DNA from: an archaeon
Lineage (GTDB): Archaea > Nanobdellota > Nanobdellia > Pacearchaeales > GW2011-AR1
Direction: 5' to 3'
Assembly: GCA_009992215.1 (NCBI GenBank)
Contig: JAACWB010000004.1
Span: 8,006 to 72,005, forward strand
Length of the DNA stretch: 64,000 nt
Shown here: positions 46,035 through 54,957 of the stretch, piece after piece
Numbering within the stretch: position 1 is the stretch's first letter
Layout of the letters: each line of letters starts with the position of its first letter
The notes under the pieces: generated by a model
Told to the model about the DNA's origin: nothing
Databases searched by the model: none
The model's input: the letters and a program-made list of their open reading frames with translations, nothing else
Position numbers and translations under genes: made by a program

Positions 46035-47798
46035 TTACAAAATTATTTCAAAGTCTCCGTATTCTTTTTTCAAAATCTCAAAGATTTTTGATTTTATTTC
46101 GACTGTTTCTTTATCATGTTGTTCTTGAACGGCAGTTTCTAATTCTTCAAGAGTTGAATCTTCAATTTTATTTGTTATTTTCTTTACTTTACCTGCTTCA
46201 AACAAGAAAGTTTTTTCTCCTGCATTCAAAAGCTCAACGACTTTATCTTTGAATTTGATTGCCATTTTTCCTTTGTTTATTGAAACCATGTCTTTCTTTT
46301 GAACAAATTCATTCAAATCCCTCATTAAAATTTCTGCATCTCTTCTTGCTCTATCAATCTTATGCGAATCTGATTTACCTTTCTTGAATTCTTGTCTTGC
46401 ACTAATCAAATCGTTTAAGATTCTTGAATGTTGCTTTGAAAACTTACCTGTTTTGATGTAATCTTTTTCAAAAGAAAGAACTAATTGTTCTTGGGATTTT
46501 TTACCTATAATAATTTTCATTAAATCCATTACATCTTTGTAAATTTGTTCAATTGTTTTTTCTTGGTATTTTTTTTCGATTTCAATTCTTAATTCTTTTA
46601 ATCGTTTCAAATATTCTTCAGTTCCTTTTAGCAACTTGTCAATTTCAGTTCCAGAGATTTCTTTTATTTTTTCATGTTCATAATCTTTCCATGTTTTTAC
46701 AACTTTTTCAAGGAAGTCAACATATTTCTTTTCAATCATTTTTGTTGCGTAAAATTCTTTTTTGAAATCATTAACTAGTTCTTTTGAAGTTGGTGGTGGA
46801 CATCCATTAAGCATAAGAATTGCTTGTGCCGGAGTTGTTACACCCCAAAAAATGTTTGTAAAAATTTCTGTAAGTAGTGTTCTTTTACTTCTTGGAATTA
46901 CTCCGTCTCCCATAGACATAAACATATCAATTGCTTCTGGACTTGGTTTAAGTTTACCCATTCGTAAAAGTGCTTTCCATGGCATGAATGTTCCTCGGTC
47001 GTAAAGTGGAACTCCATCACGAATGAAAGTGAAGATAACTGGATTTGCGTCTTTAACAGAATCCCAAAAATCAGTTAGTAAATAAATTTGTGGCTCAAGT
47101 TTGTTTTCTACACCGGCAATTTGGCTTGCTTCTGCAATGTATTGATAAATTATTCCTCTAAGTCTTTCTAATAATTCACGTCTTGGCATACGTTTTACAT
47201 CAGTATCATTAATAATTATGAAAACATCAACATCACTAGTTTTGATTGCGTCTCCTCGAACTAAACTTCCACCAACTACATAACTCACAACATATTTCTC
47301 AAATTTTTGAATAACTAATGATTTGTGAATTTCAGCAACACGAAGAGCTCCCAAAATTCCTGTGTCGTGTAGTGGGTAAGACATAGCAATTGCACTTGAC
47401 AAATCAAACTTTTGATCCATTGCAATTTCCCAAATTTCAGCAGGCGTCATTATGTGAAGCCAAACTTTTTCATTTGATTTTTGAATTTCTTTAATTAATT
47501 CTTCTTTTATTTTCCCAGTTTCTTTAATTTTTTCATCTGGAATAATGATTGCTAAATGAACAGAATCTTTACTTTCTTCAGGTGCTTCTTCTTCCTCAAT
47601 CCATTTTGGAATTGATTGTGGTGGCAAAATTCCAAGGGACAAAATATATTTGAATTTTTTAATTGCAAAATCCTTAATTTTTTCTATTTCTTTTTTTGTT
47701 TTTTCAAATTTTTTCTTTTCTTCTTCGGGATTTACTGGAGAATTATTTACAGGATTGTATTTTGGGTTCATTGGTCCTGTTGAATTTTGAATATTCAT
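46035..47798 (-). CDS. large Pol-beta-superfamily nucleotidyltransferase domain protein (paralog of the 39778-40656 protein)
   Basis: 587 aa. Charged N-terminus, NTase motif VVGGSLVRGDAIKTSDVDVFIIIND, a shared downstream domain (ANPVIFTFIRDGVPLYD / KLKPSPEAI), and a long helical C-terminal extension. Confidence 0.45.
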   Translation of the reverse strand: MNIQNSTGPMNPKYNPVNNSPVNPEEEKKKFEKTKKEIEKIKDFAIKKFKYILSLGILPPQSIPKWIEEEEAPEESKDSVHLAIIIPDEKIKETGKIKEELIKEIQKSNEKVWLHIMTPAEIWEIAMDQKFDLSSAIAMSYPLHDTGILGALRVAEIHKSLVIQKFEKYVVSYVVGGSLVRGDAIKTSDVDVFIIINDTDVKRMPRRELLERLRGIIYQYIAEASQIAGVENKLEPQIYLLTDFWDSVKDANPVIFTFIRDGVPLYDRGTFMPWKALLRMGKLKPSPEAIDMFMSMGDGVIPRSKRTLLTEIFTNIFWGVTTPAQAILMLNGCPPPTSKELVNDFKKEFYATKMIEKKYVDFLEKVVKTWKDYEHEKIKEISGTEIDKLLKGTEEYLKRLKELRIEIEKKYQEKTIEQIYKDVMDLMKIIIGKKSQEQLVLSFEKDYIKTGKFSKQHSRILNDLISARQEFKKGKSDSHKIDRARRDAEILMRDLNEFVQKKDMVSINKGKMAIKFKDKVVELLNAGEKTFLFEAGKVKKITNKIEDSTLEELETAVQEQHDKETVEIKSKIFEILKKEYGDFEIIL

Positions 47799-47871
47799 AA
47801 TAAATTCTAGCTAAAATTCTTTATAAAAGTTTGGCAATAGAAAATAAGTTTGTTATTTGTAGCATTAAAAG

Positions 47872-47937
47872 AATTGAATGTCAAAGTAATCGCCTGCGCC
47901 AATGGCTTGATTCGATTCAAAAAAGAAATGGTCCCGG
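47872..47937 (-). repeat. 66-bp perfect direct repeat (copy 1 of 2) comprising the tRNA-Val 3' terminus plus 53 bp of 3' flank
   Basis: AATTGAATGTCAAAGTAATCGCCTGCGCCAATGGCTTGATTCGATTCAAAAAAGAAATGGTCCCGG is identical to 48085-48150. Confidence 0.7.
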
Positions 47938-48020
47938 ACAACTTGCACTCCGTGAAATTTCTAAATTCATTTCATTCATTTATTGAAATTTCAGAAGATG
48001 CTCGGGAATCGAACGATTCC
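47929..48020 (-). repeat. tRNA-3'-end-mimic element copy 3 (T-arm-like palindrome, conserved hairpin, copy of tRNA-Val 3' terminus)
   Basis: Read on the minus strand: GGAATCGTTCGATTCC, then CGAGCAT, then the hairpin (CTGAAATTTC-AATAAATGAATGAAATGAATTTAG-AAATTTCAC), then CCGGGACCA. The loop matches copies 1 and 2 at about 90%. A further 19-nt copy of the tRNA-Val 3' end lies at 48029-48048. Confidence 0.5.
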
Positions 48021-48141
48021 TGCAAAATAAAGAAATGGTCCCGGCAGGACTCTACTCTTACCCCGCCATTCTAGCCTTCGGCATAATTGAATGTCAAAGT
48101 AATCGCCTGCGCCAATGGCTTGATTCGATTCAAAAAAGAAA

Positions 48142-48213
48142 TGGTCCCGGCAGGAATCGAACCTGCGCCATCTCGGTGTAAACGAGAGGGTCTACCATTA
48201 GCCTACGAGACCG
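48142..48213 (-). tRNA. tRNA-Val (anticodon UAC)
   Basis: Minus-strand sequence GGTCTCG-UA-...-UCUCG-UUUACAC-CGAGA-...-GCAGG-UUCGAUU-CCUGC-CGGGACC-A. The D-stem is slightly imperfect. This copy also carries repeat copy 2 (48085-48150) at its 3' end. Confidence 0.8.
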
Positions 48214-48374
48214 TACAAATAATTTATGTCATTGTAGTTTTAAAAAGGTTTTCATGATTATAAGTTTGTTTTGACTCATTAGTAATGAATAGTTTTATAA
48301 ACGACTTTTGTTATCAACAAAAGTAATAGAAGTTTCAATCGTGTATTGTTTCTAAAAAATATTATCAAATTAAA

Positions 48375-49610
48375 ATGGACAAATTTAGAAAACTAGGCTT
48401 AAGCGAGAAAGTGTTAAAGACACTTGAAGGCATGAAAATTGATACTCCCTCGGAAATCCAAGAAAAAACAATTCCTTTAGCACTTAAGGGAAAAGATATA
48501 ATTGGAGCTTCAAAAACTGGGAGCGGTAAAACTTTAGCTTTTGCTTCAGCAATTATTGAAAAGATTGCTCCAGAAAAAAAAGTTAAGGCGATTGTACTTA
48601 CACCAACAAGAGAACTTGCAGTTCAAGTTGCTGATTCAATAAAACAATTTTCTAAAGGAAATTTGAAAGTAGTTTCAGTTTATGGTGGAGTGAATATTGA
48701 AAGTCAAACTAGAAATATGCGTGGAACTGACGTTCTCGTTGGAACTCCTGGAAGAATTTTGGATCATTTAAACAGAGGAAGTTTGAGTTTAAGAAAAGTT
48801 GAAATTTTAGTTTTGGATGAGTTTGATAGAATGCTTGATATGGGTTTTTCAAGAGATGTTGGAAAAATTATTGATGAATGCCCAAAAGAAAGACAAACTA
48901 TGCTGTTTTCAGCGACGATTTCTTCAGATATTGATTACTTGGCAAAAAAATATACAAACAAGCCAGTTGAAGTTTCGGTTGAATCGCATGTTGATCATAC
49001 AAAATTAAAACAAGTTTATTATGATGTTCCAGATCAATTAAAATTTTCTTTACTTGTTCACTTATTGAAAAAGGAAAAGTCACATTTGGTTATGGTTTTT
49101 TGCGCGACTAGAAAAAATGCTGATTTTGTTACAAAGAATTTGAATAATATTGGAATCACTGCAAAGGCTATTCACGGCGGGCTTGAACAAAATAAGAGAA
49201 TTAGAGTTTTGAATGAATTTAATGATAATAAAAAATTAAATATTTTAGTTTGTACTGATGTAGCTGCAAGAGGACTTGACATAAAGGGAATTACTCACGT
49301 TTACAATTATGACATTCCTTCAATTTCTAGTGATTATATTCATAGAATTGGTAGGACTGCTCGTGCTGGAAAGGAAGGAATTGCAATAAATATTTTAGCT
49401 TCAAGAGATTATGAAAATTTTTCAAATATTTTAAATCGTGAAAATGTTGACATTAAGGAAGAAGAATTACCTTATCTAAATAAAATTAATATTGTTCGAG
49501 ACAACGACAGAAGTTCGAGGGATGGGGGTTCAAGAGATAGAAATTCAAGAGGAAGAGATAATTCACGCTCAGGAAGAAATTTTTCAAGAGATAGAAGAGG
49601 CCGAAGATAA
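48375..49610 (+). CDS. DEAD-box ATP-dependent RNA helicase with RG/RD-rich C-terminal tail
   Basis: 411 aa. Q-motif region, GSGKTLAF, PTRELA, DEFD (a DEAD variant), SAT, HRIGRTARAG, and a C-terminal RDGGSRDRNSRGRDNSRSGR. Confidence 0.85.
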   Translation: MDKFRKLGLSEKVLKTLEGMKIDTPSEIQEKTIPLALKGKDIIGASKTGSGKTLAFASAIIEKIAPEKKVKAIVLTPTRELAVQVADSIKQFSKGNLKVVSVYGGVNIESQTRNMRGTDVLVGTPGRILDHLNRGSLSLRKVEILVLDEFDRMLDMGFSRDVGKIIDECPKERQTMLFSATISSDIDYLAKKYTNKPVEVSVESHVDHTKLKQVYYDVPDQLKFSLLVHLLKKEKSHLVMVFCATRKNADFVTKNLNNIGITAKAIHGGLEQNKRIRVLNEFNDNKKLNILVCTDVAARGLDIKGITHVYNYDIPSISSDYIHRIGRTARAGKEGIAINILASRDYENFSNILNRENVDIKEEELPYLNKINIVRDNDRSSRDGGSRDRNSRGRDNSRSGRNFSRDRRGRR

Positions 49611-49711
49611 GAGGACACTAAAGAGGTCACTCTGGGTCGAAAAGGCGATAATTAGTCATTCGCATTGTGCGTATGAGAAAACAAAACTTTGGTTTTGTTT
49701 AAAGAGGTGAT

Positions 49712-50284
49712 TTATTTTTTTGGGAGGAAATAATCAAAACCTAACTCATTTGCATATTTTGTTAAATAATTCAAAAAAGGCATTTCTTTTTTTTCTTTGA
49801 CATAATCCATAATTTCTTTATTTTCTGTTGGAATAATTAATTTATTTTCTATTGCCCAAATTCCTTTTTCTCCAATTAATTTATTTTTATTAATATCATA
49901 AACTATCGATTGAATGTTTAATGGAGTTGTTGAAAGAAAAGTTTGAAGAGTTGGTTCTAAGTTAAATTTTTTTACAGAATAGATATTGTTTAATGGAACA
50001 AAATCAATATCATAATTTGGTCCAATTAATTTTGGGCTTCCCATACGACTTTTACTAACAATCCAATCTTTTGGTAAATCAAAACTTTCATTTGGATTTT
50101 CAACAATGAAATCTAAATCTATTTTTGGTTTTTCTTTTCCGTATAATCCTGCAACAATATTACGATAAATAAATCCCCCAATTAACCAAATATTCCCTTG
50201 TGAATTCTTTTTGACAATTTCTTTTGCTTCTTCAAACTCAGGGTATTTGTTTGCTTCTTTTAGAAATATATCTAGATAGTTCAT
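49712..50284 (-). CDS. hypothetical protein
   Basis: 190-aa ORF. Confidence 0.35.
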   Translation of the reverse strand: MNYLDIFLKEANKYPEFEEAKEIVKKNSQGNIWLIGGFIYRNIVAGLYGKEKPKIDLDFIVENPNESFDLPKDWIVSKSRMGSPKLIGPNYDIDFVPLNNIYSVKKFNLEPTLQTFLSTTPLNIQSIVYDINKNKLIGEKGIWAIENKLIIPTENKEIMDYVKEKKEMPFLNYLTKYANELGFDYFLPKK

Positions 50285-50364
50285 GTAAGAAAAATAAAAG
50301 CCTAGTTTAAATTGATTATTGTAATTTGGATTGCATAAGCGTATGTCTCAGAATATTAGGGATT

Positions 50365-51108
50365 TTATCTTAATTGAAATTTAAAATCATTTTTACTCCA
50401 AAACCATAAGGGAGAATGCATATCTATTGGATTTATTTCTGTTCCATTTAATATTGCTCTCCATCTTTCAGAAAGTTTTTCTTTCGTTAAATTTTCTTTT
50501 TCATTTTCATTTATCACCCCAAGAATAACAGAACATTTTGTGATGTGAGTATCTGGAGCTATTTCTATAAATTCTGAATTTTTTAATTTAATACCTCCAT
50601 ATTTTTGAAGAATAAAAGACCAATAATTGAATATCTTTGGACCAGATAAATAAGGAAATCCCTTTTTGAACTTAATTTGAATAGTTTCTTTTAATTTCAA
50701 GAAATCATAATCTACAAATTCTAATAAATTACTAATACTCCCCCAATTATCATTTATTGTTTTGGAAATTTTAGACCAAGTGTTAATATGTTTATTTGGT
50801 TGTAATGCTATTTTATATTTGGTTAATAAATTTCTTAATTCATTTTCAGATAAATTAGAAGAATTATTTATATCAAAAACTTTTCGAGTTTGTTTATCAC
50901 TAAATGTTTTAAGGCAAGATTCCCATAAACTATAACTATCTCTTTGATAATTAAGACTCATTGGAAGTGTGAAATAAACTAATTTTGTTTCTTCATCTTT
51001 AAACCACGGATGAGAGTCTTCTGGCATTGTTGTTTGACCAATCTCCCCAGATTTAAATGCTTTAATTAGTAATCTGCAATTTTGAATTATTTTTTCTTTA
51101 TCTTCCAC
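50365..51108 (-). CDS. hypothetical protein
   Basis: 247-aa ORF. Confidence 0.35.
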   Translation of the reverse strand: MEDKEKIIQNCRLLIKAFKSGEIGQTTMPEDSHPWFKDEETKLVYFTLPMSLNYQRDSYSLWESCLKTFSDKQTRKVFDINNSSNLSENELRNLLTKYKIALQPNKHINTWSKISKTINDNWGSISNLLEFVDYDFLKLKETIQIKFKKGFPYLSGPKIFNYWSFILQKYGGIKLKNSEFIEIAPDTHITKCSVILGVINENEKENLTKEKLSERWRAILNGTEINPIDMHSPLWFWSKNDFKFQLR

Positions 51109-51224
51109 AATTATTTTTATTAATAATTATACTTAAATTTATTGTAATACATGCGCCAGACCGTGTAGCTCTCAACCTTGAAATGTTCTTTAAACTCATT
51201 TTATTCGTTTATTAGAAATTTCAA

Positions 51225-51400
51225 AGTTGTTCGTCGAACCCCCGGGTTCTCACCCCGAAAGAACTATGCGCCGACCGGGGCTCGGTTGGTGGCAAAACCA
51301 CACAACAAGCCAAAACATCGCGAATGTTTTGACTTAACCCGGGCTTCATGCTTCTTGCATGAAATCTATTTTGAATTTGACGGGTGAGAGCACCGAAGAA
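51225..51400 (-). ncRNA. GC-rich structured element immediately downstream of tRNA-Gly, ending in a 20-bp copy of the tRNA-Gly 3' terminus; candidate ncRNA or integration-site remnant
   Basis: Local GC about 50% against about 30% background. Hairpins GTTCG-T-CGAAC, CGGGG-TGAGAA-CCCG and GTGG-CAAAA-CCAC. TATGCGCCGACCGGGGCTCG at 51264-51283 is identical to 51431-51450 inside tRNA-Gly. The two ORFs predicted here are probably artefacts of the GC-rich sequence. Confidence 0.3.
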
Positions 51401-51432
51401 AAAATTATATTTTATTTCATAAAATATAATAT

Positions 51433-51505
51433 ATGCGCCGACCGGGGCTCGAACCCGGGTCACAACCTTGGCAAGGTCGCATTCTACCACTGAACTATCA
51501 GCGCG
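51433..51505 (-). tRNA. tRNA-Gly (anticodon GCC)
   Basis: Minus-strand sequence GCGCUGA-UA-GUUC-AGUGGUA-GAAU-G-CGACC-UUGCCAA-GGUUG-UGAC-CCGGG-UUCGAGC-CCCGG-UCGGCGC-A. Confidence 0.85.
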
Positions 51506-51537
51506 TAACATTTTGAGATATTCTGTCTTTATAAAAA

Positions 51538-52110
51538 TTATTCTTTAAATTTATTCCAAAAGTTATACAGTTCTTCATAATTAGAAAATTTGGCCAAGGG
51601 TTCAATCTTTACTGGCGTTAAAAAAGCTACTTCATTGTATGGTTTTTCTTTTATGGATTTATTACAATAGTCCATTTCATAAAAAAGTTCAGCATCTTGT
51701 TTACTATGTGTTGGATAAACCTCTTCAGGGGATAATTTTTGAAAATATTTTTGAAAGTCTTTTTCAAATTGTATTCCTTTTGGATATTTTTCTAACATTT
51801 CTTCTATAGAATTGAAAACAAATTGTTCGTGGTTCGGTAGCCAAACTCCTGAACGCATAAAACTCCAAGAATCTGTTGGAATTGCATAAATTGGTTTTTC
51901 TTTTGTTTGAAAAACAATTCCTTTGGAATGATATCCTTTCTCGTAACCTTCACAAAAATAACTGCAAAAAGTTAAAGACTTATTTTCAAAAGAAGGAATT
52001 TGTTTTTTAATTGGTAGATCGCCAACTTTTCCAATAACCTTTGTAGAAAATAATTTATTTACTTCTTCTTCACTTAATTCTGTGTGAACAAAAAAACCTT
52101 TCTTTAACAT
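51538..52110 (-). CDS. hypothetical protein
   Basis: 190-aa ORF. Confidence 0.35.
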   Translation of the reverse strand: MLKKGFFVHTELSEEEVNKLFSTKVIGKVGDLPIKKQIPSFENKSLTFCSYFCEGYEKGYHSKGIVFQTKEKPIYAIPTDSWSFMRSGVWLPNHEQFVFNSIEEMLEKYPKGIQFEKDFQKYFQKLSPEEVYPTHSKQDAELFYEMDYCNKSIKEKPYNEVAFLTPVKIEPLAKFSNYEELYNFWNKFKE

Positions 52111-52170
52111 AAATTTAATTTGTTGAGATATTATTTTAAACCTTCTTTTCCAAAAAATAGTAGGTGAAAA

Positions 52171-53025
52171 ATGATTTGGCCTTTTTTTGGATCGCTAGCG
52201 TTGGCAGGAGGAACAATAGTTGAGAGACTGGTTTTAATGAAACGAAAAGTCTCTGTTAAACTTTATCAATTTGGGCAATTCCTTTCACTTGTTATGGTGA
52301 TGATTCCATTTTTGCCTTTCTTTTGGTCAATTTCTCCTGATTTTTATTCAACAAAAAATATTCTAATTTTATTTTTAGTTATTCTTTTGTCAGTTGCGGC
52401 AAACCTTTTTACTTTCTTTTCCATGAAGTGGGAGAAACTAGGAAAACTTGAATCTGCCAAAATTACTGAACCTTTGTTTACAATTCTTTTGGCTTTTGTT
52501 TTTAGTTTTATTTTTGGAGAAGGGCTTTATGACAGGAATAGTCAAATTTTAATTCCGGCTTTAATTTCTGCAGGAGCACTGATTTTTGCTCACATGAAAA
52601 GGCACCACTTGACATTTAATAAATATTTTATTGCTGCTTTGATTGGTAGCTTTTTATTTGCAAGTGAGTTAATTGTTTCAAGGCTAATTTTGAATTATTT
52701 TAATCCGATAACATTTTATTTTATTAGATGTGCAGGAGTTTTGATTTTTAGTTTCATATTTTTTAGACCAAAGTTTAACAACGGCATTGACACAAGAACA
52801 ACACTTGAAATTCTTGGAACTGGAGTTATTTGGTTTGTTTATAGAATAATAGTTTATTTCGGATATACAAGTTTTGGAGTAATTGAAACAACACTTGCAA
52901 TAATGCTTGGACCAGTTTTAGTTTATTTCTTCGCTTGGAAATTCTTAAAAGAAAAACTTAATTGGAAACAACTTGTTTCAGCTGGAATAATTATAGGTTG
53001 TGTTTTATATGTTATTGTGTTTTAA
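52171..53025 (+). CDS. EamA/DMT-family transporter
   Basis: 284 aa with about 10 TM helices in two repeated halves. Confidence 0.6.
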   Translation: MIWPFFGSLALAGGTIVERLVLMKRKVSVKLYQFGQFLSLVMVMIPFLPFFWSISPDFYSTKNILILFLVILLSVAANLFTFFSMKWEKLGKLESAKITEPLFTILLAFVFSFIFGEGLYDRNSQILIPALISAGALIFAHMKRHHLTFNKYFIAALIGSFLFASELIVSRLILNYFNPITFYFIRCAGVLIFSFIFFRPKFNNGIDTRTTLEILGTGVIWFVYRIIVYFGYTSFGVIETTLAIMLGPVLVYFFAWKFLKEKLNWKQLVSAGIIIGCVLYVIVF

Positions 53026-53061
53026 CAAAACAACTAAAAACAAAATCTTCTTTTCTTTTTT

Positions 53062-53796
53062 ATGATATATGACACACATGCTCACTTGGATTTTGTCTCG
53101 GAAGATAAATTAGAAGAAATAGAAAATAATTATAAAATTGGAGTAGTTGTTTCTAATTCAGTTAATATTTTCTCAAACAAAAAGAACTTGGAGATTTCAA
53201 AAAAGTATTCTAAAATTAAATTTGCTGCGGGGCTTTATCCGGAAGAAACTTTGAAAAAAGAAGATTACGAAGAATTAGAAAAATTTGTAAAAGAAAATAA
53301 GAAAGATGTTTTTTCAATTGGTGAAATTGGGATGGATTTTTCAAGAGAACTTCCAGAAAAAGAAATTCAAGAATATGTTTTTGAAAAGCAATTAGAACTT
53401 GCAGAAAAATTGAACCTTTGTGTTTCTATTCATACAAGGAAAGCTGAAAGAGAGATTATTGAAATTTTAAGGGAATTTCCTAAAGTTAAGAGAATTCTTC
53501 ATTGTTTTAGCGGGAATTTTAAATTAGTAAAAGAAGCACTTCAAATTGGTTGTTATTTTTCTATTCCGACAAATATTGTTCGCTCAGAACATTTCCAAAA
53601 AATGGTTCGTGAAATTCCGCGGGAGAAAATTCTTACTGAAACTGATACACCTTATTTGTCTCCATTCAAGGAAACTGAAAACGAACCTGCAAATATTGTT
53701 GAAGCAATTAAAGTAATTTCTAGAATTTGGGAAGTTTCAAAAGAAGAAGCTGAAAAACAAATTGAAGATAATTTTAAGAAATTGTTTTTGAATTAA
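53062..53796 (+). CDS. tatD: TatD-family metal-dependent deoxyribonuclease
   Basis: 244 aa. MIYDTHAHLDF, with later His and Asp ligands of the TatD TIM-barrel. Confidence 0.85.
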   Translation: MIYDTHAHLDFVSEDKLEEIENNYKIGVVVSNSVNIFSNKKNLEISKKYSKIKFAAGLYPEETLKKEDYEELEKFVKENKKDVFSIGEIGMDFSRELPEKEIQEYVFEKQLELAEKLNLCVSIHTRKAEREIIEILREFPKVKRILHCFSGNFKLVKEALQIGCYFSIPTNIVRSEHFQKMVREIPREKILTETDTPYLSPFKETENEPANIVEAIKVISRIWEVSKEEAEKQIEDNFKKLFLN

Positions 53797-53844
53797 CTAA
53801 TCAGGTACATAAAAACTTATAAATTCTGAAATACAAAACTCACT

Positions 53845-54117
53845 ATGGCTGGTTCAATTACTGGAAGTACAGAAAGTTATTTAGAGAGATTAACTAAAGG
53901 ATTAAATGATAAATCTATTTCCGATTTGAAAAAAGGACTTAAGGAACTAGCAAAAAACCCTAAAGTGCACGGTGAATTTAATGAAGTCCCTTTGGATATT
54001 TCTACAACAGATGAATGGGAATTATACAATGCCTATAAAAAAGTTTGCTTGAAAAAAGATTATACTTTCTTCCAACCCTTGATCCAAGAATTAAAGGAAA
54101 AATATTGGAAAAAATAA
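53845..54117 (+). CDS. hypothetical protein
   Basis: 90-aa ORF. Confidence 0.3.
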   Translation: MAGSITGSTESYLERLTKGLNDKSISDLKKGLKELAKNPKVHGEFNEVPLDISTTDEWELYNAYKKVCLKKDYTFFQPLIQELKEKYWKK

Positions 54118-54216
54118 TTTTTCAAATTCTATTCTATTGATTTTTTAGTTTTGTAACCATTTCCTAATAACAACATTACAGAAAGTTTTATAAACTTCTT
54201 TTGTTACTTTTGAGTA

Positions 54217-54957
54217 ATGGCAAAAGTAAAATATTTGGCAACTGGAGTTTTGGCGCTAGGTTTAGCTTCAAACTTGAATGCACAAGATTCTAAGACAAAT
54301 GGGACAATTATGTATGATTTAGACAAAAATTCTAACGAAGTTGTCTTGAAAAAAAATAAATTAGAAAAGAATTTTTCAAATACAAAATTAAGATTAAATG
54401 CTGGGGCTGGAATATATTTAACGAAGCCTGAAACTTATTTTGTAGAATTAAACCCTCAAATTAATATTGGAAAAGATTTTTGGACTGGAATTTATGCAAA
54501 GGCAGTTACAAAAGCAAATGATTTTAGTGAAGATGTTGAAATTGATAGAACACAAATTATGTCTGATTGGTACTCTGAAACTGAAAGACACACTTCTCAA
54601 TTATTCAAAACTAATAATCCAATTGAAGCGGGAGTAAATCTTTCAAAAGGTTTGGGAAGATTTTTTGAAGTTGGTTTATCTACTGGAATTAGATATCAAA
54701 AAGAATCATTAACAAAACAAATTTCTGGATTTGACAGAACAATTAATGATGGTGTTTTAATCGAAGAAAAACCATTTTATTTGCCTTCAACAAAAACTAA
54801 TTCGGATTCATTTAGTCCAATTATTTCAACTGAATTAAAATTTTATCCTCAAAAAAATATTTTTTTGTCGGGTGAAGCAAGTTACAATTTAAGAGATAAG
54901 CGTTCAGAAATTAAAGCTAAAATCGGAATTACACTTGGAGGTAAAAAGAGAAAATGA
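54217..54957 (+). CDS. secreted beta-rich protein
   Basis: 246 aa. Signal peptide and alternating amphipathic beta-strand-like composition. Confidence 0.4.
   Translation: MAKVKYLATGVLALGLASNLNAQDSKTNGTIMYDLDKNSNEVVLKKNKLEKNFSNTKLRLNAGAGIYLTKPETYFVELNPQINIGKDFWTGIYAKAVTKANDFSEDVEIDRTQIMSDWYSETERHTSQLFKTNNPIEAGVNLSKGLGRFFEVGLSTGIRYQKESLTKQISGFDRTINDGVLIEEKPFYLPSTKTNSDSFSPIISTELKFYPQKNIFLSGEASYNLRDKRSEIKAKIGITLGGKKRK

Noticed and set aside
51178-51511. ORFs 51178-51387(+) and 51221-51511(-)
   Set aside because: They span tRNA-Gly and the GC-rich structured block, and their Arg/Pro/Gly-rich translations are typical of GC-rich non-coding sequence in an AT-rich genome.
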